Shown piece after piece: positions 18,747-26,748 of a stretch of 64,000 bases of DNA. Under the pieces are notes generated by a model that had not been told where the DNA came from, did not search any database, and was given only the letters and a program-made list of their open reading frames with translations. The stretch lies in assembly GCA_016215315.1 (NCBI GenBank), contig JACRKG010000054.1, positions 74,305 to 138,304 of the forward strand. Reading direction: 5' to 3'. Each line of letters starts with the position of its first letter. Positions within the stretch are counted from its first letter, which is position 1. The position numbers and the translations under genes are program-made. The DNA comes from Candidatus Woesearchaeota archaeon (lineage in GTDB: Archaea; Nanobdellota; Nanobdellia; Woesearchaeales; ARS49).

Positions 18747-20181
18747 TAATAATCCGATAAAAAAAAGCGGCAATCTTTGAGAAGAAACCAGTACTGCTGT
18801 TTTTGATTGTTCTAAATGATTGACCTGTAATTGGTGAGTAAGATCCTCTCAAACCTTCAGGAGTTATTCCTTCCATTCTTTCCGCACTTAAATCATAAGC
18901 ACGACTAACTTCATTACAATTAACTGACTTAAGCTGAGGAACCCAATCACCGCTTTCTGGATAAGAGCAAGTGAAACAGCCTTTAACACCGTTTTGATAA
19001 GTGTATCTTACTGATTCTTCTAAATTTATTGTAACTGCAGTACTTCCTGGCTCTCCAGTTATTGTTGGGCCAAATATGCATGCATTAGAAATTCCGAATC
19101 TGTAACGATCATTAGTTCTAACTCTTTCTTTATCCCAATCAAAACCTCTTAAGTCTGTTCTTCTACAATTAACTTCGTCTAACGAATTAAATGGTTCTCC
19201 TTTTGCACATTTAAAACATCTGGTTTCTGATGGTGGGCCTTCAAATTGATATCTGATTGTTTCTCCAATGTGAACTCTCAGAGTACTTATTGGTTCTGTA
19301 CTTGGTTTTTTATTATCTTTTGCAGAAGGATCAAAATCGCAAGTGTTAAGAGAGTTTTTCCCCGCTCCAAATTCTTCGTTGCAATAATCCAGAGAAGCAA
19401 CTTCGGTGCTTACTCCATTAATTGCTAAATTTTTGCAATTACTTAGAGTCATTTTTTCGTGTCTTGTATTCATTCCCGCTTGAGACGTAGTGACTTTGCA
19501 ACATACAGTAATATCAGTAAGGCCGGGTTGTAATTCATTTGTATACGAGTTACAAGATTCAACAGGAATGTCTATTTTTTCTCCACCATTTCTTTTGCAA
19601 GCAGTAGGACCTAAAGCACTAAGAATTTCCAAACCAGTTTTTGGACTTCTGTATTTACAACAAACATCATTACATGCTTCTTCGAGGAGAACTTCTCCAC
19701 CCATTTCTTGACACAATCCAATGCTGATTGGCTCGTCCCCAGAAACTTTATTATGCCATGCGGGGCCGTCAGGCGTATTAATTTTACAGCAAGAAGTTTT
19801 ACACATTTCTTCTGGATGACTGAAGAGTCCTTCTGCTCGGCAATTACCTGCTAAGCCCTTCTCCCATCTGCTCACACTCATTCCTTTAACTTGTTGCTGA
19901 CAACAAACTTGTGCACACATAGCATCAGAAGCAATATTTCCTCTTAATTCGCTAATACAATAATCTTGAAATACTTTTGCGTACCCATCTTTAGTATAAC
20001 AACATACCAATTCTTGAGGAATCAAAGGTTCAGTTTCTCTTTCCCTAGGAACACTTGTTTGCTGCATTAAAACTATTGGACATTGATTTTCTTCATCTTC
20101 ATAAACAAGTATTTTTGCGTTAACAATAGTTAGAATTAAGAGGAGCAAGGATAAAAGCAATAATAACCTCGTTTTTTGCAT
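18742..20181 (-). CDS. Secreted cysteine-rich protein with recurrent vicinal CC motifs
   Basis: A signal-peptide-like N-terminus (LLLLLSLLLLILTIVNA) and repeated motifs such as VCCYTKDG, VCCQQQV, SCCKINT, VCCKYRS, VCCKVTT. Confidence 0.5.
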   Translation of the reverse strand: MQKTRLLLLLSLLLLILTIVNAKILVYEDEENQCPIVLMQQTSVPRERETEPLIPQELVCCYTKDGYAKVFQDYCISELRGNIASDAMCAQVCCQQQVKGMSVSRWEKGLAGNCRAEGLFSHPEEMCKTSCCKINTPDGPAWHNKVSGDEPISIGLCQEMGGEVLLEEACNDVCCKYRSPKTGLEILSALGPTACKRNGGEKIDIPVESCNSYTNELQPGLTDITVCCKVTTSQAGMNTRHEKMTLSNCKNLAINGVSTEVASLDYCNEEFGAGKNSLNTCDFDPSAKDNKKPSTEPISTLRVHIGETIRYQFEGPPSETRCFKCAKGEPFNSLDEVNCRRTDLRGFDWDKERVRTNDRYRFGISNACIFGPTITGEPGSTAVTINLEESVRYTYQNGVKGCFTCSYPESGDWVPQLKSVNCNEVSRAYDLSAERMEGITPEGLRGSYSPITGQSFRTIKNSSTGFFSKIAAFFYRIIS

Positions 20182-20191
20182 TACTGTTCTT

Positions 20192-20293
20192 ATGCGGGTT
20201 TGTTATTTAAAAATATTGCTACAAAATATTATTTTTATCATCTTTTAGATTTTTCGCAGAAAAATCTAGAAAGATTTTTAAAACAACCCGCAT
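20192..20293 (+). promoter_or_regulatory. Nested inverted repeats upstream of the L34e gene. The outer pair is ATGCGGGTTTGTT / AACAACCCGCAT; the inner perfect 9-bp hairpin is TAGATTTTT-cgcag-AAAAATCTA.
   Basis: Read from the sequence. The element ends 12 nt before the L34e ATG. Confidence 0.35.
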
Positions 20294-20304
20294 TTTACCT
20301 TATT

Positions 20305-20568
20305 ATGGTTTCAGGAATAAGAAAATCAAGAACGTACAGGAGAATGAAAGTAAGAACTCCTGGTGGAGAATTAAAGATTCATTACGAGTTAAGACTTCCT
20401 AAAAAACCAAAATGCGCAAATTGCGGTCACCAATTACATGCAGTGCCTAGAAGAAGGCCTACTGAAATGCAGAATATGCCTAAAACAAAAAAAAGACCAG
20501 AAAGACCATACGGCGGAGTTTTGTGCTCCAAATGTATGAGACAAAAAATAATTGACAGTTTAGAATGA
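20305..20568 (+). CDS. rpl34e: Ribosomal protein L34e
   Basis: N-terminus MVSGIRKSRTYRRMKVRTPGGELKIHY and the zinc ribbon CANCGH...CSKC. The ORF-track start at 20176 is probably too far upstream. Confidence 0.75.
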   Translation: MVSGIRKSRTYRRMKVRTPGGELKIHYELRLPKKPKCANCGHQLHAVPRRRPTEMQNMPKTKKRPERPYGGVLCSKCMRQKIIDSLE

Positions 20569-20621
20569 TCTCGCGAGGAATCGGCGACGACCTCAAAAAT
20601 GTGAGATTGGAGGAATAAAAA

Positions 20622-20984
20622 ATGTTTAAAGTTGGAAGATTATGTGTTAAAACAGCAGGAAGAGATGCTGGAAAAAAATGTGTTGTTGTTGATGTTCTAG
20701 AAAATAATTTAGTTTTAGTTGATGGAGAAACAAGAAGAAGAAAATGCAACATTATGCATTTAGAACCATTAAAAGATGTTATTAGCATTAAAAAAGGCGC
20801 TTCTCACGATGAAGTAAAAAAAGTATTATCTCCTTTAGGCTTTAAAGTTCTTGAAACAAAACCAAAAAAGAAAACACAAAGGCCAAAGAAAAAACCCAGA
20901 GTTAAAAAACAAAGAACAACTCCGGCTAAAGCAAAACCTGCACCTAAGAAAGTAGAGAAAGCGCAAGAAAAAGCACAGGAATAA
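20622..20984 (+). CDS. rpl14e: Ribosomal protein L14e (KOW domain) with a Lys-rich tail
   Basis: MFKVGRLCVKTAGRDAGKKCVVVDVL...LVDGETRRRKCN. Confidence 0.75.
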   Translation: MFKVGRLCVKTAGRDAGKKCVVVDVLENNLVLVDGETRRRKCNIMHLEPLKDVISIKKGASHDEVKKVLSPLGFKVLETKPKKKTQRPKKKPRVKKQRTTPAKAKPAPKKVEKAQEKAQE

Positions 20985-21057
20985 ACTATTTCTCAATTTT
21001 TTTTATTGTTTTTTTTAAAAATTTTTTCCAGTTTTCAGTCCTACGGACATTTACTCT

Positions 21058-21101
21058 CAGACTGGCCGGCAAATTGATATGAACTTTGGCCGGCCAGTCT
21101 T
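21058..21101. repeat. Perfect 12-13-bp GC-rich hairpin (AGACTGGCCGGCC, 17-nt loop)
   Basis: agactggccggc aaattgatatgaacttt ggccggccagtct. Confidence 0.7.
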
Positions 21102-21128
21102 CGAAATAATAATCAATAATGATCTTGA

Positions 21129-21173
21129 AGACCGTCCGCCACAATGAAATTTTTATCAATCTGCGGACGGTCT
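21129..21173. repeat. Perfect 11-bp GC-rich hairpin (AGACCGTCCGC, 23-nt loop)
   Basis: agaccgtccgc cacaatgaaatttttatcaatct gcggacggtct. Confidence 0.7.
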
Positions 21174-21288
21174 GAAACTAACGTTAAACAGGAGAAACTT
21201 ACAAAGATTGATTTTTGCTTAACAAAAAAGCAAATTTTATAAACACCCCCGACAATAATGGCTTTAGCAATAAAAGGAGGAGATATTT

Positions 21289-21567
21289 TTGGGTGAAGAA
21301 AAACTTAACTGGAAACACGTTGTAGCATTGATTTTGAATATTGTTGTTTGGCCTGGTGCTGGCACTTGGTTGTTAGGCAAAGCAAAACTAGGACAATTAC
21401 AAATGATTGCTTACTTTGTAGGTGCAGTTTTAGTATTGTCTGAAGGTTTTGGTGTTACAGGATCTTTTGCAACAATTCTGGGCTTTGTAGGTATGGCAAG
21501 TTTAGTAGCTTCGTGGGTTTGGGGTAATTACACTCTTTTCAAAGGACTTCACGAAATGTACTCTTAA
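21289..21567 (+). CDS. Small membrane protein with two TM helices
   Basis: Hydrophobic segments such as VVALILNIVVWPGAG and IAYFVGAVLVL. Confidence 0.35.
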   Translation: MGEEKLNWKHVVALILNIVVWPGAGTWLLGKAKLGQLQMIAYFVGAVLVLSEGFGVTGSFATILGFVGMASLVASWVWGNYTLFKGLHEMYS

Positions 21568-22124
21568 AGACTTTGAGAGATAAAAAGCGTTCATAAAAGC
21601 TTTCTTTACTCTCAAGTAATTGTATTCTGCACTTTAGAAATATTTATAATTACCAGAATTAAAAATATAATTATCATTAAGACTTCTTAGTTGGGTGAGG
21701 GATGGTTAAAATGGACACTCGCCTCACAGATTATGGTTGTTTTGAAGATGATCGTTTTGAAGAATCAGAGCCAGAAAGCATAGAAATAACGATAACTGGA
21801 GCAAAACTCGAAAGACATGTAAGAATAGCTCCAGAAGAAGAAAGCATGCAAGTGTACCCCGTGAGATCAAGAAATTGCGTATCAAAGGTTTTCAATAGAA
21901 TAAAAACATACCTCGCTAATGCATGAGCGAGACGTCATTGGCTAACCACACCGAGCAGAAAAAATAAACCACAAAAAACAAACCCGAGGGGTGTCCTTTT
22001 TCACGAGACATCACGTGAGGTCGTTTTGGCATCGAAATATTACTGGGGATCAACGGTATCTATTATAAATAATTACGAGATAAGAAAGTAGGCAGTATTG
22101 TTTGATATTTGCTAATTTTTTTAA

Positions 22125-22156
22125 CTGTAAACTATAAACCGTAAACTACGAACTAG
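22125..22156. repeat. Heptad element half-copy
   Basis: ctgtaaactataaaccgtaaactacgaactag. Confidence 0.6.
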
Positions 22157-22164
22157 TAGGTTTA

Positions 22165-22491
22165 TTAACTAACGTTAACCAAATAATTTCCTGGTTTAAT
22201 AAGTCCTTTTCTACAAAGGTCATTGAGAATTACGCGAGTAGCATATTTGTATGATCCGTCTTTGATGAATTCCTCTAAATCACTTTTATCATACTCTTCA
22301 ATAACTCCGTCGATCTCATGAAACTCTTTAGAAACATCGTCACTAACCTCTTCTGCGTCGGTAAAATTAAACTCTTGATTATAAACTTGTTCAACAAAAT
22401 TTTCTAAGTGAGCTGATTCCACTTTAAATAAACTTATTTCCTCAACTTTCAATTGAGGTGTTTTCTGTTTTTTTTCAGTCATAACAATCAA
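22165..22491 (-). CDS. Acidic hypothetical protein
   Basis: ORF only. Confidence 0.35.
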   Translation of the reverse strand: MIVMTEKKQKTPQLKVEEISLFKVESAHLENFVEQVYNQEFNFTDAEEVSDDVSKEFHEIDGVIEEYDKSDLEEFIKDGSYKYATRVILNDLCRKGLIKPGNYLVNVS

Positions 22492-22545
22492 AGAAACAGT
22501 GATTCATTTTAAACTTTTCTCCTAATCAAAAGTAAGCTTTTTAAT

Positions 22546-23178
22546 ATGTTGTTTATTGCTAAATACGTGCTTAAAGAATTTATTGATCCAGAATATCTGC
22601 AACCAGAAAAATTCAAGAAAGAATTTCTAAACAACAAACCTTTCCCTTACTTAGAGCTAAAATGTTTTCTGAAAGAAAACAGGGCAATAGAATTACTCAA
22701 AGCATTAAGTCAAGAAAAGTTTTTCAACAAAGAAGCGGACTTATTCAAGTTTTCTCAAACAAATGATTTAGGAAAAACACAAAACAAAGTAATAAAAGAA
22801 TTTGTTCAATTCTTGTACTCGAAAGAATTCATTGATTTCATGCAAAAACTAACAGGATTCAAATTCAAAAACAAAGCAGACATTGCAGGAACACTATACC
22901 AAAACACAGACTACTTATTATGTCATGATGATGAATTAGAAGGAAGAAAAATAGCCTATCTTTTCTACTTAACAAACATGGAAGAAAAAAAAGGTGGAAG
23001 CCTAAACTTGCTGGAATCGGGTGTCGATGGAAATCCTTCAGGTATCCTGAAAAAAATAGTTCCAAAATTCTGCACGCTTGCATTTTTTGAAGTTTCGCCA
23101 ATATCCTTTCATGAAGTAGAAGAAGTGATTGTTGACGAACAAAGAATAGCTATCGGCGGATGGTTTTATAGTTTGTAG
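22546..23178 (+). CDS. 2OG-Fe(II) oxygenase (OGFOD1/Tpa1/prolyl-hydroxylase-like catalytic double-stranded beta-helix (DSBH) domain)
   Basis: HxD...H iron ligands (LCHDDE ... SFHEV); the terminal TAG stop lies inside a heptad element. Confidence 0.5.
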   Translation: MLFIAKYVLKEFIDPEYLQPEKFKKEFLNNKPFPYLELKCFLKENRAIELLKALSQEKFFNKEADLFKFSQTNDLGKTQNKVIKEFVQFLYSKEFIDFMQKLTGFKFKNKADIAGTLYQNTDYLLCHDDELEGRKIAYLFYLTNMEEKKGGSLNLLESGVDGNPSGILKKIVPKFCTLAFFEVSPISFHEVEEVIVDEQRIAIGGWFYSL

Positions 23179-23200
23179 TTTGTGGTTCGGGGTTTGAAGT
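23167..23200. repeat. Heptad element half-copy (variant with GGTTCGGGGTTTGAAGT); contains the stop codon of 22546..23178
   Basis: tatagtttgtagtttgtggttcggggtttgaagt. Confidence 0.6.
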
Positions 23201-23221
23201 CTCGGACGACGGATATATTAA

Positions 23222-23761
23222 ATGATAAACAAAACATATTTGACTAAAATAGAAGAAATAAAAAAAGCATTCCATACAAATAAATATTTTCCTAGTATAC
23301 AACTACATAATTTTTTAATTAATTTTGAGGAACTAAAGAAAAAAGTTGACAAATCAAAATTTGAAAAGGAAACTAACTTATTGAGCCACAGGCTTAGCAA
23401 GGCAGAACTAAAATTAGATATTCTCGAATTCAGAGAATTTTTATCAAAAATTCTCAACAAAAAAATAACAAACACAACATTCACAGTATACAAACTAGAA
23501 TGGAAAGACTTCAAAATACTAAATGATGATTGCGTTGAAAAACCGGGAATAGATATTATTCTTGATTTTACTGAAAACTGGAATACTGAAAGCGGCGGAC
23601 AAATAATTTATTCAGACGGATCTGGAGAAAACTACACTATGCCTGTACTGAAAAATTCTCTAACTATTGTAGAAAGAAAAAAAGGAGTACAAAAATTCTT
23701 CAAGTATGTGAATAATTTGGCAGGAAATGGAAAAAGGCAGTTTCTGCTGTTGAGTGTTTGA
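23222..23761 (+). CDS. DSBH-like domain protein paralogous to the C-terminal part of 22546..23178 but lacking the His ligand; resembles the non-catalytic second domain of OGFOD1/Tpa1
   Basis: DFKILNDDCVEKPGIDIILDF...GGQIIYSD aligns with DYLLCHDDELEGRKIAYLFYL...GGSLNLLES. Confidence 0.4.
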   Translation: MINKTYLTKIEEIKKAFHTNKYFPSIQLHNFLINFEELKKKVDKSKFEKETNLLSHRLSKAELKLDILEFREFLSKILNKKITNTTFTVYKLEWKDFKILNDDCVEKPGIDIILDFTENWNTESGGQIIYSDGSGENYTMPVLKNSLTIVERKKGVQKFFKYVNNLAGNGKRQFLLLSV

Positions 23762-24449
23762 AACTTCAAAAACGCAACATTTATATATTATTGTTATTTT
23801 ACAATCATATTATTGCAATAATACAATGATGTTAACTAAATTTCAGCAAAGTATTGTGGCTTTGCTTGCGAGTGATATTACTAGAGAATACACAATACGT
23901 GAAATCTCGCAAGTACTTAGAAAGAATTATAGAAATACCTATGAATCAGTCCAGGAACTAATTAAGAATAAAATAATTCACAAAAAAAGAGTTGGAAGGT
24001 CAGATATTTGTTCTTTAGACTTAAAACAAGAAGAAACTATAGATTCTCTTGTTGGGGCAGAGGAATTGAGGAAATTATCTTTTAAAAAAAAGCATAGTTC
24101 AATCAAAATATTGCTTTTTGAATTGATCTCTAAATTTAAAAAATATACTTCTTTTTTTTGCATGGTTGTTTTTGGTTCATATGCCTCAGGAACAGCCCGG
24201 GAAAGATCAGATTTGGATTTATTAATGATTTTGCCAGACATAAAACAAAAAAACAATTTTATTAAAGAGATGAACTTAATGCAAATAACAACAAATGTAA
24301 CTATTAGCCCCATAATCATCAGTGAAAATGAATTTAGAGATATGTTAAGTAGTAAACAAGAAATTAATGTTGGAAAGGAAACAATTAAAAAACACATACT
24401 GTTTTATAATTCACAAATCTTTTGGGAACTAGTAAAAAATGAAACTTAA
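23754..24449 (+). CDS. HTH plus minimal nucleotidyltransferase (MNT-like)
   Basis: VVFGSYASGTARERSDLDLLMILPD. Confidence 0.55.
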   Translation: MFETSKTQHLYIIVILQSYYCNNTMMLTKFQQSIVALLASDITREYTIREISQVLRKNYRNTYESVQELIKNKIIHKKRVGRSDICSLDLKQEETIDSLVGAEELRKLSFKKKHSSIKILLFELISKFKKYTSFFCMVVFGSYASGTARERSDLDLLMILPDIKQKNNFIKEMNLMQITTNVTISPIIISENEFRDMLSSKQEINVGKETIKKHILFYNSQIFWELVKNET

Positions 24450-24993
24450 ATTTGAAGTCAAACAAGCGGTTCAGCAACACGTTAAGAAAGGAGAAATAGT
24501 TGAGAATGATGTAGTTGTTAAGAGTCAGTGTAGACTATTCTTATCAAAGGCTGAGCGAAATTTAGCTACTGCCAATTTATTATTGACAATTACTGAACAA
24601 AAAAGATTGAAGGATATTCACGGGTTACCGAACGATTTTTCTGCCGCTGAATGGGGTATAATAATAAGTTATTATAGTATGTTTCATGCGGCAAAAGGAG
24701 CTTTAGCTAAACTTGGGATAAAAATAACTGAGGACAATCCGCATGAAGCAACACTAAATTCCATGTACTTTTATTATTTGTTTTCGGGAAAATTAGAGGA
24801 GAAATTATTTGATAAACTTCAAAATGCCAAAGAAGAAGCAATAAAATTAATTGAAAGCTTGGGAAGGGCAAGAACCTTGAGAAATGAAGTTAATTATGAA
24901 TTAAAAGAGTTGCCAAGAGTACAAACCGCTAAAGGTATTTTTGATGATGCTAAAGTTTTCGTAAGCAAAATGAAAGAAATTGTGTTTTTATAA
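24439..24993 (+). CDS. All-alpha protein, putative HEPN-like partner of the upstream NTase
   Basis: An 11-nt overlap with the NTase gene and a helical composition; the motif match is weak. Confidence 0.3.
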   Translation: MKLKFEVKQAVQQHVKKGEIVENDVVVKSQCRLFLSKAERNLATANLLLTITEQKRLKDIHGLPNDFSAAEWGIIISYYSMFHAAKGALAKLGIKITEDNPHEATLNSMYFYYLFSGKLEEKLFDKLQNAKEEAIKLIESLGRARTLRNEVNYELKELPRVQTAKGIFDDAKVFVSKMKEIVFL

Positions 24994-25027
24994 AAATTAT
25001 TTGCCTTTTGAAAACTTAAATATCTTT

Positions 25028-25070
25028 TAGTTCATTTACTATAAACTACAAACCGTAAACTATGAACTAC
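25028..25070. repeat. Heptad element half-copy that overlaps the stop of the minus-strand gene 25067..25807
   Basis: tagttcatttactataaactacaaaccgtaaactatgaactac. Confidence 0.6.
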
Positions 25071-25807
25071 TTTATCTCTTCGCTCTTCTCCCAAATAGTT
25101 AAGAAGTATTGATTAAGGAAGCTAGATAAGTCTTCATCTTTTATTAGTATGTTAAATCTTTCTTTTACTTCAGGACTTTTTAGTGTTATCTTGCAAGAAT
25201 TGCCGTCTTTTATTATTACTGAAAAATTTTGCAAAGGATAATATTTTACTTTTATTCCTATTCTTTTGTATGCCTTAATTAATTCTTGATTTACGGGAGT
25301 TCTAGTTATTATAATTCTAACATCGAATCCTTTTAATTTTTTTAATTCATCAATAAGAGTGTATTTGTGCCCGCTGCTAGCTCTCCAACCTAAAATGTAC
25401 AAAGATTTCCTGACTTTAGAAATGAATTCTTTTGTTATTGCTACGGAAGCATCAACGCCGTGAGAAAGACTAACAACTTGCGTTTTCTGCAAAACTTTAT
25501 GGTCGCACCTTAAATGGTCGAGTTCTGGAATGCCTACTTCTTCTAATTCTTTTAAATCATCAATTTTTTTCTCAATAAAATTCTTAACAGCAATAGAAGG
25601 CTTGATAGCTTCATACTCGCTAATTTCTCCTTCAAACTGCTGAATTAATCCTTTCTGAACTAAACTTTTAAGATTTGGGTAAACTGCTGTTGGAGGAACT
25701 TTTGAATGTTCGCTTAACTGTCTAGCATCACTCCTGCCATACTTGAGCAGTGCTTCGTAAATTGCACTTTCGTATCCATTTAATCCTAATTGCTTCAAAA
25801 CATCCAT
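25067..25807 (-). CDS. TrmB-family HTH transcriptional regulator
   Basis: N-terminal LGLNGYESAIYEALLKYG...ARQLSEHSKVPPTAVYPNLKSLVQKGLI. Confidence 0.5.
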   Translation of the reverse strand: MDVLKQLGLNGYESAIYEALLKYGRSDARQLSEHSKVPPTAVYPNLKSLVQKGLIQQFEGEISEYEAIKPSIAVKNFIEKKIDDLKELEEVGIPELDHLRCDHKVLQKTQVVSLSHGVDASVAITKEFISKVRKSLYILGWRASSGHKYTLIDELKKLKGFDVRIIITRTPVNQELIKAYKRIGIKVKYYPLQNFSVIIKDGNSCKITLKSPEVKERFNILIKDEDLSSFLNQYFLTIWEKSEEIK

Positions 25808-25856
25808 TAATAATAAAAAATTAATAGTAATATATAAATATTAGCCTATTCTTCTT

Positions 25857-26663
25857 GTGTTTATGGTATACGAAAAAGAATTACAAACGGCAGTTGGCCT
25901 AGCCCTAAAGGCAGGAGAACTAATAATGAAATATCACGATTCGCATGATGTTGGTATTGAAGTAAAAGCAGACAATACTCCAGTAACAATTGCGGACAAA
26001 GAATCGAACAAATTAATTCTAGCAGGAATAAGGAAAGAATTCCCCTTGGATGATATTGTTAGTGAGGAAGAAGAGAAAGTCAAAGGGAAAAATGGCGAAA
26101 GAAGCTGGTACATTGACCCAATTGATGGAACTAAAGGATTCATAAGAAAAAATGGAGATTTTGCAGTACACATTGGTTTAGTTGAAAATGGAAGTCCTGT
26201 TCTGGGAGTTGTTTACAAACCACTAACAAAAGAATATTATTACGGAGTTAAAGGTGTTGGAGCTTACAAAGTTGGTTTAGAATTCATGAGAGAGTTAAAA
26301 ATGAATCCAGAAAAACCAGGCCTAAGATTAATGGTTAGCTATAGTTATGATGAAAAAATAGATGTTGCTGATCTAATCGCAAGATTAAAACCAACTGAAG
26401 TGATAAAATCAGGTAGTGAAGGATTGAGACTTATGAGGCTTGTTGAAAATAAAGCAGACCTAAGAATTACTGAAAGAGATGACATGGTAAGTACTTGGGA
26501 CTTATGCGCACCTCATGCAGTAGTTGAAGCAGCTGGTGGAGTAGTTGAGTTCTTAGATGGAACAAGAATAGATTATCACGGCCAAGGAAAAATAGGAAAA
26601 CAATATCTTGCAGCAAGAAGTAGAGAGATTGCTGAGATTGCGAGGAAAAAATTACTGTGCTAA
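25857..26663 (+). CDS. Inositol monophosphatase / CysQ / SuhB-family phosphatase
   Basis: DPIDGT motif and the WDLCAP...AGG block. Confidence 0.7.
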   Translation: MFMVYEKELQTAVGLALKAGELIMKYHDSHDVGIEVKADNTPVTIADKESNKLILAGIRKEFPLDDIVSEEEEKVKGKNGERSWYIDPIDGTKGFIRKNGDFAVHIGLVENGSPVLGVVYKPLTKEYYYGVKGVGAYKVGLEFMRELKMNPEKPGLRLMVSYSYDEKIDVADLIARLKPTEVIKSGSEGLRLMRLVENKADLRITERDDMVSTWDLCAPHAVVEAAGGVVEFLDGTRIDYHGQGKIGKQYLAARSREIAEIARKKLLC

Positions 26664-26748
26664 TTTAGTGGGTAAGCGCAGCGCACCCGCTGTTTTGCTC
26701 AAACTTTGCTAAAGTTTGGGTAAAATTAATAAACTCTTATTTAATTAG

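Noticed and set aside
20176-20304. Long N-terminal extensions given by the ORF track for L34e (20176), the Gly-zipper gene (37531), the pilin gene (30725), methyltransferase 2 (41675) and gene 45748
   Set aside because: Internal ATGs preceded by GGAGG-like RBSs and/or overlapping the previous stop give the expected family N-termini: 20305, 37576, 30773, 41711 and 45817.
21096-21112. T-loop-like strings (TCTTCGAAAT at about 21100 and GTTCGACTAC at about 53126) as tRNA genes
   Set aside because: No acceptor, D or anticodon stems can be built around them. I could not assemble any cloverleaf in the window, so no tRNA is called.
21058-21173. Twin GC hairpins as a C/D-box sRNA
   Set aside because: Only weak C-box and D-box approximations (AATGATC, CTGA) are present. 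There is no canonical RUGAUGA/CUGA pair with correct spacing.
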